Shown here: piece by piece, positions 7,869 through 17,811 of the stretch
How positions within the stretch are numbered: position 1 is the stretch's first letter
Layout of the letters: the number at the start of each line of letters is the position of its first letter
Origin: Oscillospiraceae bacterium
GTDB lineage: Bacteria > Bacillota > Clostridia > Oscillospirales > SIG627
Reading direction: 5' to 3'
Length of the DNA stretch: 64,000 bases
Assembly: GCA_015065265.1 (NCBI GenBank)
Contig: SVQQ01000007.1
Span: 475 to 64,474, forward strand
Notes under the pieces: model-generated
Database searches by the model: none
Seen by the model: the letters and a program-made list of their open reading frames with translations, nothing else
What the model was told of the DNA's origin: nothing
Program-made: the position numbers and the translations under genes

Positions 7869-9245
7869 TTACATTCCAAAATAGTTCTTTGCATTGTTAA
7901 GGCAGATGTCTGCAACAAGTTTGTCAAGCATCTTCGTATTGTTATCGAACTCACCGTTTTCCACAATTCTGCCTATTCTCTGACAGAGAATTCTTCTGAA
8001 ATATTCGTGTCTTGGATATGACAGGAATGAACGTGAGTCGGTAGTCATACCAACAAATGCAGCAAGAGCGCCTTCGCTTTCAAGGGCTTTGAGTTGTTCT
8101 CTCATTCCGTCAAGATGGTCGTTGAACCACCAAGCACTACCAAGTTGAATTTTACCCTTTATTCCGTCGCCCTGGAAGTTACCAAGCATTGTAGCGAGCA
8201 TATAGTTATCGTTGGGGTTAAGCGAGTACAAAATAGTCTTGGGTAGGTTGCCCTCAATCTCCATTGTGTCAAGCAGACGTGACAGGTTTTCCGCAAGTGA
8301 AAATACACCGATTGAATCGAAACCTGTGTCGGGGCCAAGGCGCTTGAACATTCTTGTATTATTGTTTCTGATAGCGCTCATATGAAGTTGCATAACAACG
8401 TCGCGTTTCTTGTATTCTCTTGCAAGGAAGAGGAGCATTGCGGTGCGATAAGCCTCAACTTCTTCGGTAGTGAGTGCCTTGTCTTTCATCGCCTTATCGA
8501 AAATCTTTGAAATTTCCTTGTCGCTCTTTATAACGAAAGGCACTGTAACAAGGGCGTGGTCTGAAATTCTACTGCCCATTGATACGAAATAGTCAAGTCT
8601 CTTTATAAGTTTATCCTTCAGGTCTTCAAAGGAGACTACTCCCGCCTTTTCCATATAAGGCTTGAAGTCGGGTGACTCGATAGCACAGGCTTTATCGGGG
8701 CGGAAAGTGGGCACAACTCTTGTTTTAAGTTTGCCTGATTCCTTTATTATCTTGTGGTATTCAAGGGTGTCAAAGGGGTCGTCGGTAGTGCCGATAAGTT
8801 CGACGTTTGACTGATTTATGGCAGTTTGTGCCGAGAAAGAAGTTGTCAGTACAGCATTTGCCTTTTCCCAGATTTCCTTTGCAGTATCAAGAGAAATAGG
8901 TGTATATATGCCGAAATAACGCTGAAGTTCAAGATGTGACCAGTGATAAAGAGGGTTACCGAAGGCATAACCTATACATTCACAGTATTTCTCAAACTTT
9001 TCATAGGGGTCAGCGTCTCCTGTCATATACCTTTCGTCAACACCCATAGAACGCATAAAACGCCACTTGTAGTGGTCTCCGCCGAGCCATATTTCAGTTA
9101 TATTGTTATACTTTTTATCCTCGGCAATTTCCTTGGGGTTCAAGTGACAGTGATAGTCGTATATAGGAAGTTCTTTTGCAACGTCAAAATAGAGATGCTT
9201 TGCTGTTTTGGTGTCCAGCAAGAAGTTTTCGTCTAAAAATGCCAT
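7869..9245 (-). CDS. uxaC: Glucuronate (uronate) isomerase
   Basis: 458 aa beginning MAFLDENFLLDTKTAKHLY...IYDYHCHL. It shows UxaC family signatures along the full length. Confidence 0.9.
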   Translation of the reverse strand: MAFLDENFLLDTKTAKHLYFDVAKELPIYDYHCHLNPKEIAEDKKYNNITEIWLGGDHYKWRFMRSMGVDERYMTGDADPYEKFEKYCECIGYAFGNPLYHWSHLELQRYFGIYTPISLDTAKEIWEKANAVLTTSFSAQTAINQSNVELIGTTDDPFDTLEYHKIIKESGKLKTRVVPTFRPDKACAIESPDFKPYMEKAGVVSFEDLKDKLIKRLDYFVSMGSRISDHALVTVPFVIKSDKEISKIFDKAMKDKALTTEEVEAYRTAMLLFLAREYKKRDVVMQLHMSAIRNNNTRMFKRLGPDTGFDSIGVFSLAENLSRLLDTMEIEGNLPKTILYSLNPNDNYMLATMLGNFQGDGIKGKIQLGSAWWFNDHLDGMREQLKALESEGALAAFVGMTTDSRSFLSYPRHEYFRRILCQRIGRIVENGEFDNNTKMLDKLVADICLNNAKNYFGM

Positions 9246-9394
9246 ACTTGTGTTCTCCTTTGTTTTGGTGATTTTTTAGCAAAATTTTCACACTTATATT
9301 ATATCAAACCTCAATTATATATGTCAAGTAAAAAGAGGTTAAAAAATATTTGTTTACCCTTTGTTTTCTTAATGGTAACAAATGGCAATTAAAA

Positions 9395-9410
9395 TGTTTC
9401 ACGTGAAACA
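9395..9410. promoter_or_regulatory. parS site
   Basis: TGTTTCACGTGAAACA is a perfect 16-bp palindrome matching the Firmicutes parS consensus TGTTNCACGTGAAACA. Confidence 0.85.
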
Positions 9411-9480
9411 TAGGATTTTTTAAAAATTAAAGGAAATACTATGATTTAATCAATAATCTTTCAGAAAAAGAGGAACGAAA

Positions 9481-10110
9481 GTGAAAAAGTACAAAAAAGC
9501 CATTTACGAACCTAATATGAAAACCGTTAAGGCTCTTATGATATCGGGACAGATAGAAGGACACACAATTTTACCCGAAGGGATTAAAGCAACTAAATAC
9601 GAAGAAGTTATACCTAAAATACTTGCATTTGAAGAAGATGACAGTGTCGGCGGAGTTTTGGTGCTACTGAACACCGTAGGCGGTGACGTAGAGGCGGGAC
9701 TTGCAATTGCGGAAGCCATCGCAGGTCTGTCAAAACCTACAGTTTCCCTTATTTTAGGTGGTGGTCACAGTATTGGAGTACCTTTGGCTGTCTCAGCCGA
9801 TAAATCCTATATAACTCACACTGCATCTATGATAATACACCCAGTAAGAATGAATGGCGTAGTTCTGGGAGTGGATCAGGCTTTTGACTACCTTTCACGT
9901 ATGCAGGACAGAATAAACTCTTTTATAGTTAAACATTCAAAGGTAAAAGAGGAAGTTTTAAGAAAACTTATGCTTAATACCACAGAAATGTCCTGTGATA
10001 TAGGGAGTATTCTGTACGGACAAGAGGCAGTAAATGCTGGAATTATAGATAGCGTAGGAAGTATGAGCGAGGCTCTCAGAGAACTAAAAAGAATGGTAAA
10101 TTCGCTGTGA
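9481..10110 (+). CDS. ClpP-family serine protease homolog (TepA-like)
   Basis: GTG start with AGAGGA 6 nt upstream. GGDVEAGLAIAEAI and the IHP motif region resemble the ClpP/TepA fold. Confidence 0.7.
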   Translation: MKKYKKAIYEPNMKTVKALMISGQIEGHTILPEGIKATKYEEVIPKILAFEEDDSVGGVLVLLNTVGGDVEAGLAIAEAIAGLSKPTVSLILGGGHSIGVPLAVSADKSYITHTASMIIHPVRMNGVVLGVDQAFDYLSRMQDRINSFIVKHSKVKEEVLRKLMLNTTEMSCDIGSILYGQEAVNAGIIDSVGSMSEALRELKRMVNSL

Positions 10111-10166
10111 TTTTGACATTTTTCTGCTTGGTTGCCCCTGTAAAATAGATGAAAAGGGGGATTTCT

Positions 10167-10931
10167 ATGGAATTTAAGAACATTAAGGCAGACAGAATCA
10201 TTTTGTCTGAAAAGAGCGCTCGGCACAAAAGCGGTGAAATTATAGCCCTTGCTCAAAGTATAAATTATTTCGGCCTTCTTTCGCCAATAACCGTGAGAGA
10301 ACTTGCCCATAGTGACAGATATGAGATTATATCCGGAAATAAGCGTTTTTATGCTTGTAGACTTGCAGGAATCGAAATAATTCCTTGCTATGTAACAACA
10401 GCACATCGAGAGATTGCACGTGTGGCATTAAAAAGAAAAGAAAAACAAGACTTTTTTCTTGAAGCAGACAACGTCAGAGATGCTATGTTATCTAAGAACA
10501 TATCTGCAGAAGAATTTGCAAGTGCCACCGGATACACTCCACCAGAAATTCTGGGAATGTTGCGCCTTGCCAATATGACGGATTTTGAGAGAGAAATGGT
10601 ACGTCGCAACGGTGTAAGTCGAGAAATAGCCCTTGAAATAGGACGTTTTGAGTATTTCATCACGAGAACCGAGTTGTTATCCGAGGTGGTAAAGGGTAGG
10701 CTAAAACTCGGAGAAACCGTCGCCATGTGCGAAAAAGAAAGACGTGGAAAAAGGCTCCCCGCAAAGCCAAAGGCGGTCAGAAGTCCGAAATTCAGGGATT
10801 TGAGGCTATTTGACAACACAATTTCACGAGCACTATCTATTTTAAAAGAGGCTGGTGTTCACGCAGAAGTAGAAACTTATTCAACTGACGGCGGAAAAGA
10901 ATATAAGATTGTAATAGCCGAAAAGGTATAA
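10167..10931 (+). CDS. ParB/Noc-like N-terminal-domain protein (divergent paralog)
   Basis: Contains LSPITVREL...YEIISGNKRFYACRLAG (ParB box region). I prefer the start at 10167 because AAAGGGGGA lies 5 nt upstream; the ORF track starts at 10149. Confidence 0.7.
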   Translation: MEFKNIKADRIILSEKSARHKSGEIIALAQSINYFGLLSPITVRELAHSDRYEIISGNKRFYACRLAGIEIIPCYVTTAHREIARVALKRKEKQDFFLEADNVRDAMLSKNISAEEFASATGYTPPEILGMLRLANMTDFEREMVRRNGVSREIALEIGRFEYFITRTELLSEVVKGRLKLGETVAMCEKERRGKRLPAKPKAVRSPKFRDLRLFDNTISRALSILKEAGVHAEVETYSTDGGKEYKIVIAEKV

Positions 10932-11052
10932 ATAAGGCTTAGCATCTCAAAACGGGGTCTAATACAGTAAAAAATAATTTCTTTTAAAAAACGAGATTAT
11001 GTTTTCATATCATCAACGAAGTCTTTTGCTACGTCTAACTATAAGAAGTCAA

Positions 11053-11068
11053 TGTTTCACGTGAAACA
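11053..11068. promoter_or_regulatory. parS site
   Basis: Second perfect TGTTTCACGTGAAACA, located upstream of soj. Confidence 0.85.
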
Positions 11069-11100
11069 TTGAAAAAACTATACATATTTTCTCTTTTCCA

Positions 11101-11129
11101 TTGACAATAGGGTAAAAAATTGATACAAT
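11101..11129 (+). promoter_or_regulatory. Candidate sigma-A promoter of soj-spo0J
   Basis: TTGACA, a 17-nt spacer, then TACAAT. Confidence 0.6.
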
Positions 11130-11226
11130 ATAATATATACTAATAAAGGAAGATTTTCGACAAAAACTCCTTTTGATGTAGTTTTCCTTAATGATATTAC
11201 AAAAACAGGATAAAAAGGGATTAAAA

Positions 11227-11994
11227 ATGAGTACAATAATAGCATTTGCCAATCAAAAAGGCGGTGTGGGAAAGACCACGTCTGCTGTTAATATTGCGGC
11301 AGATTTAGGGTGTTTGGGCAAAAAGACTCTTCTGGTAGACTGCGACCCTCAGGGGAACGCTTCCTCGGGTGTTGGTGCAGAAAATAGCGAAATTACCCTA
11401 TATGATATGCTTTTTTCGGGACTTGAAGCAAAAAAAGTGATACAAAAGACTAAATTCAAGAACCTTGACGTTATACCGTCAGATATGAACTTGGCGGCGG
11501 CAGATATTGCTCTTGCAGACGAAAAGAACAGAGAAAGTAAGTTAAAGGTGGCTTTTGACAGTATAAAAGAGGAATATGACTACATAATTCTTGACTGTCC
11601 GCCATCTCTTAGCCTTATTACACTTAACGCTCTCACAGCGTCGAATTACGTGGTAGTGCCTATGCAGTGTGAATATTTCGCTCTTGAAGGCTTATCACAA
11701 CTTGTTTTCACTATAAAGCAGGTAAGAAGGCTCTATAACCCAAACCTTGACCTTTTAGGCGTAATACTTACTATGTACGACGGAAGACTTAACCTCACCG
11801 TTCAGGTAATGGAAGAGGTTAAAAAGCACTTTCCAGGCAAGGTGTTCCGCAACTCCATTCCTCGAAACGTGAGACTTTCAGAAGCGCCAAGCCACTCTAA
11901 ACCCATTAACTATTACGATAAATTCTCAAGAGGTGCATTGAATTATATGGAAGTTGCCCGTGAGTTGATAGAGCGAGCAGAACACAATATATAG
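11227..11994 (+). CDS. soj: Chromosome partitioning ATPase ParA/Soj
   Basis: MSTIIAFANQKGGVGKTT is the deviant Walker A motif. The ORF-track start at 11191 is probably too early. Confidence 0.9.
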   Translation: MSTIIAFANQKGGVGKTTSAVNIAADLGCLGKKTLLVDCDPQGNASSGVGAENSEITLYDMLFSGLEAKKVIQKTKFKNLDVIPSDMNLAAADIALADEKNRESKLKVAFDSIKEEYDYIILDCPPSLSLITLNALTASNYVVVPMQCEYFALEGLSQLVFTIKQVRRLYNPNLDLLGVILTMYDGRLNLTVQVMEEVKKHFPGKVFRNSIPRNVRLSEAPSHSKPINYYDKFSRGALNYMEVARELIERAEHNI

Positions 11995-12048
11995 TGGTTC
12001 GCTTTAACTAAAACACAATATATAGTATATTATACATATAATTACGAG

Positions 12049-12954
12049 GTGGATATGGAAAAGAAAGGATTAGGAAAAGGACTTAACACGTTTTTCCTTG
12101 ATACAGGGATTGACGAAGGGGTAAAAGAAATTGAAATTTCAAAAATATTCCCCGACCCTGACCAACACAGAAAGACTTTTTCTCAAGAGACCATAAGAGA
12201 ACTTTCAGACTCAATAAAGGTACACGGTGTAATTCAACCTTTAATCGTCAGAAAAGACGGAGAGAATTACAAAATAGTTGCAGGAGAACGTCGCTATCGT
12301 GCGTCAATTCTTGCAGGACTTGAAAAACTCCCTGTTATCGTCAGAGACGACATATCCGACAGAGATGCTGCGGAAATTGCACTGATTGAGAACCTTCAAA
12401 GAGAAGACTTAAACCCTGTCGACGAGGCAAAAGGATACGAAAAACTCATTTCCGACTTCAACATAACGCAAGACGAGGCGGCTCAGAGAGTGGGCAAGTC
12501 CCGAGTTGCAGTAACAAATGCTCTAAGACTCTTAAAACTTCCCGACGAAGTGCTTGAACATCTTAGAAACGCCACAATTTCGGCAGGTCACGCAAGAGCC
12601 CTTTTACCTCTTAAAAACAAAGAGGATATTTTGGAAATGCTCTCGAGAATAATAAACGAAGGACTGTCTGTCAGAGATACGGAAAACGAAGTAAGGTGGA
12701 CTATAAACACCTTCATCGACACTCCCGTAGTAGAGGAAAAACCCCTTATAAAGAAGGGCTTTTCCATTAGTGACGAGTATTTGTTATCCGTACAGAAACT
12801 TATGGCAGAAAGGCTTTCAAGACGAGTAAAAATCAAGCAGAAACCAGGTAAAACTTCGGGAAAAATAACTCTCGATTACCATTCTTCTGACGACCTTGAA
12901 ACAATACTTTCCGCCCTTTGCGGAGAAGATTTTTTAGATTTACTTGACAAATAA
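12049..12954 (+). CDS. spo0J: Chromosome partitioning protein ParB/Spo0J
   Basis: Contains GVIQPLIVRK...IVAGERRYRASILAG and an HTH. The start could instead be the ATG at 12055. Confidence 0.9.
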   Translation: MDMEKKGLGKGLNTFFLDTGIDEGVKEIEISKIFPDPDQHRKTFSQETIRELSDSIKVHGVIQPLIVRKDGENYKIVAGERRYRASILAGLEKLPVIVRDDISDRDAAEIALIENLQREDLNPVDEAKGYEKLISDFNITQDEAAQRVGKSRVAVTNALRLLKLPDEVLEHLRNATISAGHARALLPLKNKEDILEMLSRIINEGLSVRDTENEVRWTINTFIDTPVVEEKPLIKKGFSISDEYLLSVQKLMAERLSRRVKIKQKPGKTSGKITLDYHSSDDLETILSALCGEDFLDLLDK

Positions 12955-12972
12955 CGAAAGGACATTAAAACA

Positions 12973-14247
12973 ATGCTGGACATTAAACTTATCAAAGAAA
13001 ACCCCGAAGAAATAAAGAAGAGACTTCTCACAAGAGGAAAGGATTTTTCCGAAGAAATAGACACACTTCTCGCCCTTGACACAGAGCGCAGAACACTTAT
13101 TGCCGACACAGAGAGCCGAAGAGCAAAGCAAAATCAGATTTCAAAGGAAATTCCCATGCTCAAGAAAGAAGGCAAGGACACAAGCCTTATTCTTGCGGAA
13201 ATGAAGGAACTTTCCGACCTTGTTAAAGCGGGAACAGAAAAGATTTCCGCCCTTGACGAAAAGATTGAAAACATACTTCTCTGTATGCCAAACACTCCTA
13301 ACGCCTCTGTTCCTGTGGGAAAAGACGATAGCGAAAACGTAGAAATCAGACGTTGGGGCACTCCAAAAGAGTTCTCTTTTGAACCTCAGGCGCACTGGGA
13401 TATAGGTAAAAACCTCGACATTCTCGACCCAGATACCGCAGCGAAGGTTACAGGTACACGTTTCCACTTCTATAAGGGACTTGGCGCAAGACTTGAAAGA
13501 GCAGTAATCAACTATTACCTTGACACCCACACAAAGAACGGATACACAGAAGTGTTCCCTCCCTATATGGTAAACCGTGATTCTATGAGAGGCACAGGAC
13601 AACTTCCCAAATTTGAAGAGGACGCTTTCAAGGTTGAAAATAACGGATATTTCCTTGTTCCTACCGCAGAAGTACCCGTTACCAATATGCACAGAAACGA
13701 AATTCTCGACGGTGACAAACTCACTATAAAATATTGCGCTTATTCTGCTTGTTTCAGAGCAGAGGCAGGAAGTGCGGGACGTGACCAGAGAGGTCTTATT
13801 CGTCAGCACCAATTTAACAAGGTAGAACTTGTAAAATTTGCAAAACCCGAGGAGTCTTACGACGAACTTGAGTCGCTTACAAAGGACGCCACAGGGGCTC
13901 TGGAAGGACTTGGTCTTCCTTACAGAGTGGTATGCCTTTCAACAGGTGATATGGGCTTCTCTTCAGCAAAAACCTACGACGTTGAAGTGTGGATGCCCTC
14001 TTATAACAGATACGTTGAGATTTCTTCTTGCTCTAACTTTGAAGATTATCAGGCACGTCGCGCAAATATCAAGTTTAAGGAAAGCGGAGATTCAAAGGCG
14101 CGTCTCGTTCACACTCTTAACGGTTCAGGTCTTGCAGTTGGCAGAACTGTTGCGGCAATTCTTGAAAACTACCAGAACGAAGACGGAACTGTTACCATTC
14201 CCGAAGCACTCGTTCCTTATATGCACTGCGACAAAATAGAAAAGTAA
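12973..14247 (+). CDS. serS: Seryl-tRNA synthetase
   Basis: 424 aa beginning [18 protein letters not shown], with class II motifs including [12 protein letters not shown]. Confidence 0.95.
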   Translation: MLDIKLIKENPEEIKKRLLTRGKDFSEEIDTLLALDTERRTLIADTESRRAKQNQISKEIPMLKKEGKDTSLILAEMKELSDLVKAGTEKISALDEKIENILLCMPNTPNASVPVGKDDSENVEIRRWGTPKEFSFEPQAHWDIGKNLDILDPDTAAKVTGTRFHFYKGLGARLERAVINYYLDTHTKNGYTEVFPPYMVNRDSMRGTGQLPKFEEDAFKVENNGYFLVPTAEVPVTNMHRNEILDGDKLTIKYCAYSACFRAEAGSAGRDQRGLIRQHQFNKVELVKFAKPEESYDELESLTKDATGALEGLGLPYRVVCLSTGDMGFSSAKTYDVEVWMPSYNRYVEISSCSNFEDYQARRANIKFKESGDSKARLVHTLNGSGLAVGRTVAAILENYQNEDGTVTIPEALVPYMHCDKIEK

Positions 14248-14248
14248 T

Positions 14249-14665
14249 ATGGACATAAGAACTATTACTGCCATCATATACTGCATTACAGGGGGTATTA
14301 CCCTTGGGTTTATACTGTCTCTTATTACGAGACTTTTTGTAGGCCCTTTTGTGAGCAGTATTTTAAACAGTGATGCAAAAGACGAAGACAGCGCCAAAAC
14401 CCTTAAAGAATTGAAGGTAAAAAGGGGAGTTTTACTGTCGCTTTTTATAAAAAGCAGTTCTACTTTAAAGAGAATTGTAAGTTCCGACAGTGAAAAAGAG
14501 CCCCTTTCAAAAAGGCGTTTCTGGATAGCGGAAGAATATACAAAAAAGGCGAAAAGCCTTTACGGAACTGAGAAAATCTCCCTTTTGTCAATCTTGATTT
14601 TCGCCCTTCTTCTCGCCCTTGTCGTTCTCCTTTGCACTCGTATTTTACCTATGATAGAAATATAA
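14249..14665 (+). CDS. Hypothetical membrane protein
   Basis: Has an N-terminal and a C-terminal TM helix and starts 1 nt after the serS stop. Confidence 0.5.
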   Translation: MDIRTITAIIYCITGGITLGFILSLITRLFVGPFVSSILNSDAKDEDSAKTLKELKVKRGVLLSLFIKSSSTLKRIVSSDSEKEPLSKRRFWIAEEYTKKAKSLYGTEKISLLSILIFALLLALVVLLCTRILPMIEI

Positions 14666-14679
14666 GGAGGTAGAAACAC

Positions 14680-15642
14680 TTGGCACAAGAAAAGAAACTT
14701 CATCCCCTTGGGGTAGTTTTTATAGTGGCACTTGCTTTGGTAATTGTTACCTTTACAGTGCTTTATACCGCTTTGGGATTGAGATACGTAAATGACAAGA
14801 CCCACGAACTCAAATTTGTAGGGCGTGTGGAAAACGGTGTTGCAGTGTCGGGAAAAATCTACTATTACGACGGTAGAGTCGGAACTCTCGATGCTGAGAA
14901 TAAGACTATTCTCTTTGAAAACGCCGACAAGTATTCAGGTGCACTTTCAGGGTATCTGCCTCACGGAAAAGGAACTCTTACAACTGCCGAGGGAACTATT
15001 TTTGAAGGTGATTTTTACGAAGGTTATTGCACAGGCAACGCTACAATTTCCTACAAAAACGGAGACGTTTATATAGGTGAAGTAAATCACTCCAAACGTG
15101 AAGGCTTCGGCAAATACATAAAGGCAGACGGAACAGTTTATGAGGGCTCTTTCAGAGACGGTGAGAAAAATGGAATCGGAAGAACCGCTTTTACCGATGG
15201 GTCTGTCTATATCGGTCAGTATAAAGACTCTATAAAGGACGGAGTGGGCGCTTATCTTTTTGATGATAGCGACATTTACGTGGGAGAATTCAAAGAGGAC
15301 AAACGTACAGGCAAAGGTATATACGTCTGGTCGAAGAGCGAAGCGTTTACAAGTGAGTTTGATACTCTCTTTAACGTAACTCTTGACGAAAGTTTTGTCT
15401 CTTCCTTTATTTCTTACTTTGAAGGGGACTTTAAAAATCACTTCAAAGATGCAGAATATACCGAGCCCGTTACAGAAAATCCCTTCTTTTTGTCCTTTGA
15501 AAACGTCCTTAAAAGAAGTCAGATTGAAATGTATATCGGTGATTTTTACGAAAATCAACTCACAGGTGAAGGAACTTACAGGTGGCTCTCGGGCAGAGTA
15601 TACTCCGGTACATTCAAAGACGGCGTAATTGTTGAGGAATGA
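14680..15642 (+). CDS. MORN-repeat protein with N-terminal membrane anchor
   Basis: TTG start 9 nt after AAGGAGG. It carries repeated Y(x)G(x)(x)(x)(x)GxxxGxG MORN units, for example YIGEVNHSKREGFGKY and YEGSFRDGEKNGIGRT. Confidence 0.75.
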   Translation: MAQEKKLHPLGVVFIVALALVIVTFTVLYTALGLRYVNDKTHELKFVGRVENGVAVSGKIYYYDGRVGTLDAENKTILFENADKYSGALSGYLPHGKGTLTTAEGTIFEGDFYEGYCTGNATISYKNGDVYIGEVNHSKREGFGKYIKADGTVYEGSFRDGEKNGIGRTAFTDGSVYIGQYKDSIKDGVGAYLFDDSDIYVGEFKEDKRTGKGIYVWSKSEAFTSEFDTLFNVTLDESFVSSFISYFEGDFKNHFKDAEYTEPVTENPFFLSFENVLKRSQIEMYIGDFYENQLTGEGTYRWLSGRVYSGTFKDGVIVEE

Positions 15643-15643
15643 C

Positions 15644-16210
15644 CGTCTTTTTGGTTAAAACAGTTAATATAGTGCAGAATGCAGAATGCAAAATGCTGAA
15701 TTAAGGTTGATTTGCTTCGCAAATCTTCATTCATATACGTTTAGCGGAAAATCCGCTAAACGCACATAAATCAATTCAAATGCGAAGCTTTTGTTCCTTT
15801 ATTCTGCATTTTGCATTTTGCACTCTGCATTTACAACATACACACTAGAATATCAAATATATAAAGCGTAGCCTATGAAAATAGACTACGCTTTACTATG
15901 TCTTTATAATATCATTTCATTTCGGTTTTCACCAAAGAGACGAAAACCTCCGCACACAACCCGAAAAGAAAAGAGTATCTTTGAGGGAAAATCAACGTTT
16001 TACGAAGCCGTCGGCGTACTTACGTACGGCAGTGCGAGTAAACGTTGAAGAAATGAAATTGGAATTGTTCAAAAGAAGTTCGCAGAACTTCTTACATTAG
16101 AAAATTGTTGATTTGAGTGGCAAATACAAAAGAAATAGCCTATAAAAAATAGGCTACACCTTATTAAAAAAACACAACCCCATTTCATTTCGCTTTTCAC
16201 CAAAGAGACG
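15644..16210 (-). repeat. Repeat locus B. From the S41 stop on the minus strand: m1-m2-m3-m4-m5-m1-m2-palindromic element. A truncated + oriented m1 abuts the MORN gene stop.
   Basis: m1 copies lie at 15644-15661 (+), 15914-15942 and 16181-16210 (-). m2 lies at 15862-15895 with a degenerate copy at 16131-16165. m3 is at 16073-16093, m4 at 16003-16060 and m5 at 15943-15993. Confidence 0.9.
15671..15832 (-). mobile_element. ~163-bp palindromic MITE-like element (full copy)
   Basis: Imperfect ~34-bp terminal inverted repeats made of TGCARAA heptamers flank three hairpins: GATTTGC/GCAAATC, GTTTAGCGGA/TCCGCTAAAC and CAAATGC/GCATTTG. Confidence 0.6.
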
Positions 16211-16211
16211 T

Positions 16212-17795
16212 TCATCTATAAATTCTCATCACATAATCGAGGACGGAAAAGGTTTGAAGGTACGCGCTCTTCTCCATCATTTCTATCTCTGACATAATGG
16301 TAAAATAGGTTTCGTCATTAAGGGCTCCCGTAACGTCAAGCCCAAAGGCTATCTGGAAAGCAATTATTGCCGAAGTGGTATCTTTATCAAAGGTACTGTC
16401 AGACTTTGCGGGATTTAAAAAGTCCAGTATTTCAAGGCGCATTTCAAGTCCTTTAACCCACTTGTTTGTACTGCCTTCTACTGCATTTTTGTAGTTCTGG
16501 TAGGTAAAGGTGGGAAGATTTTCGGGAAGGTGATATTTCTCAAATTCGTCCTCTACCTTTTCGTCGGGAATTATACCCTTTTCGTTATAGGTGTTTCCCT
16601 CAATATCATATGCCACAAAAGACGTAATGCCTGAAGTTGTTTTATCAATAAAAGTGGTAACCTTCTGTGCGACGCCTTTTCCGTAGGTTGTAGTTCCGTA
16701 AATTCTTGCGCCAGACACAAGTCGCAAAGTGTTTGCAAAAATTTCGGAGGCAGAGGCGGTACCTTTATTTACCATAATGCCGATTTCTTCAAAATCGTAA
16801 CCGTTGCCAATAGAATGGTATACGCTGTAATTCTTTATTCCCTCTCTGCCCATAGAAAAGAGCGCTTGGCGGTCGTTGCCTGTAAACTTAGACATAATAG
16901 ACCCTGCAACAGACAGGTCTCCTCCCGAATTGTTCCTCAAATCAACAATAATCTTGCGGTATCCCGCCCCCCACGCCTTGTCAAGTTCTGCGCTGACTTC
17001 GGTTACTGTTTCGTCGTACATAAAACTGTTAATATCAAGGTAAATAAGGTTGTTTTCGGGATAAAGTTTTATAGTATATTCAGGGAAATACGACACTGTG
17101 CGAAGCAGAGTGTAACTTTTTATTTCCCCCTCTCTTTCAAGGGTAATGTCAAGGGTTTGAGCATCTTCTTCAACAGTTAAAATAATAGCGCTCATAGCGT
17201 TGAAGCCAACGCCTGAAACGTCGTATCCGTTAAAGGAAAGTATCTTGTCGCCTGGGAGAATTCCTGCACTTTCGGCGGGAGAGCCCTTCGCTACCATTTC
17301 AACAAAGATACCCTTGGAGTCGTATCCGTCGCTTTCCTCTCCCCATATCATAGAAATTCCTATTCCACGACTTGCGGTGGGAGAGAACATTTGCTGGGTG
17401 CGCTCTTCATTAGCGTAAAAACTGAATTTGTCAAGAAGTGCGAAAAGGGCGTTGTAGGTTTCGTCCATATTGTTTATGTCAATTTTATCTATGCTTGAAA
17501 TAAACTCATGAAAAAGTTTGTCACTGTCAAAGCCCTTGTAATAGTATGCGGGGATTACCTGTAAAAAATATTCAAGTTTCTTTGTCAAAATCTTGTTTTT
17601 ACTGTTATCCACAACGTTTAAAAGTGAGAAAAGTTGCTCGTACGTCATATCTTCCGTTACAGGAATCACGCCTTGATGCAGACTTTCATAAAAATCGGCG
17701 TCATATTCGGCGCTCACCGTTAAAAGCATGGTGGAAATAACTATTACCAGGGCAACAAGGGTTTTAAGGGTTCTTTTAATCATATTTTTCTCCAT
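16212..17795 (-). CDS. S41 family C-terminal processing peptidase with PDZ and peptidoglycan-binding domains
   Basis: Has an N-terminal signal anchor, a PDZ domain (GSPAESAGILPGDKILSFNG), the S41 core (NKGTASASEIF) and C-terminal PG_binding_1-like sequence (TTSAIIAFQIAFGLDVTG). Confidence 0.8.
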   Translation of the reverse strand: MEKNMIKRTLKTLVALVIVISTMLLTVSAEYDADFYESLHQGVIPVTEDMTYEQLFSLLNVVDNSKNKILTKKLEYFLQVIPAYYYKGFDSDKLFHEFISSIDKIDINNMDETYNALFALLDKFSFYANEERTQQMFSPTASRGIGISMIWGEESDGYDSKGIFVEMVAKGSPAESAGILPGDKILSFNGYDVSGVGFNAMSAIILTVEEDAQTLDITLEREGEIKSYTLLRTVSYFPEYTIKLYPENNLIYLDINSFMYDETVTEVSAELDKAWGAGYRKIIVDLRNNSGGDLSVAGSIMSKFTGNDRQALFSMGREGIKNYSVYHSIGNGYDFEEIGIMVNKGTASASEIFANTLRLVSGARIYGTTTYGKGVAQKVTTFIDKTTSGITSFVAYDIEGNTYNEKGIIPDEKVEDEFEKYHLPENLPTFTYQNYKNAVEGSTNKWVKGLEMRLEILDFLNPAKSDSTFDKDTTSAIIAFQIAFGLDVTGALNDETYFTIMSEIEMMEKSAYLQTFSVLDYVMRIYR

Positions 17796-17811
17796 TCATT
17801 TGGGTTGATGT

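Noticed and set aside
9348-9383. Imperfect inverted repeat ATTTGTTTACC ... GGTAACAAAT upstream of uxaC, as a possible sugar-acid repressor operator
   Set aside because: The arms differ by an indel and I cannot match them to a specific regulator motif. No regulator gene is adjacent.
12955-12972. Expected a T-box leader upstream of serS
   Set aside because: Only 18 nt separate spo0J and serS, so there is no room for a leader. serS appears to be co-transcribed with soj-spo0J.
16003-16060. m4 resembling group II intron domain V (AGCCGT...ACGTACGGC)
   Set aside because: Only one copy shows the extended similarity. Other copies (GGCGTC GGCGTAC..GTACGCC) lack the AGC triad helix. No RT/maturase and no other intron domains are present.
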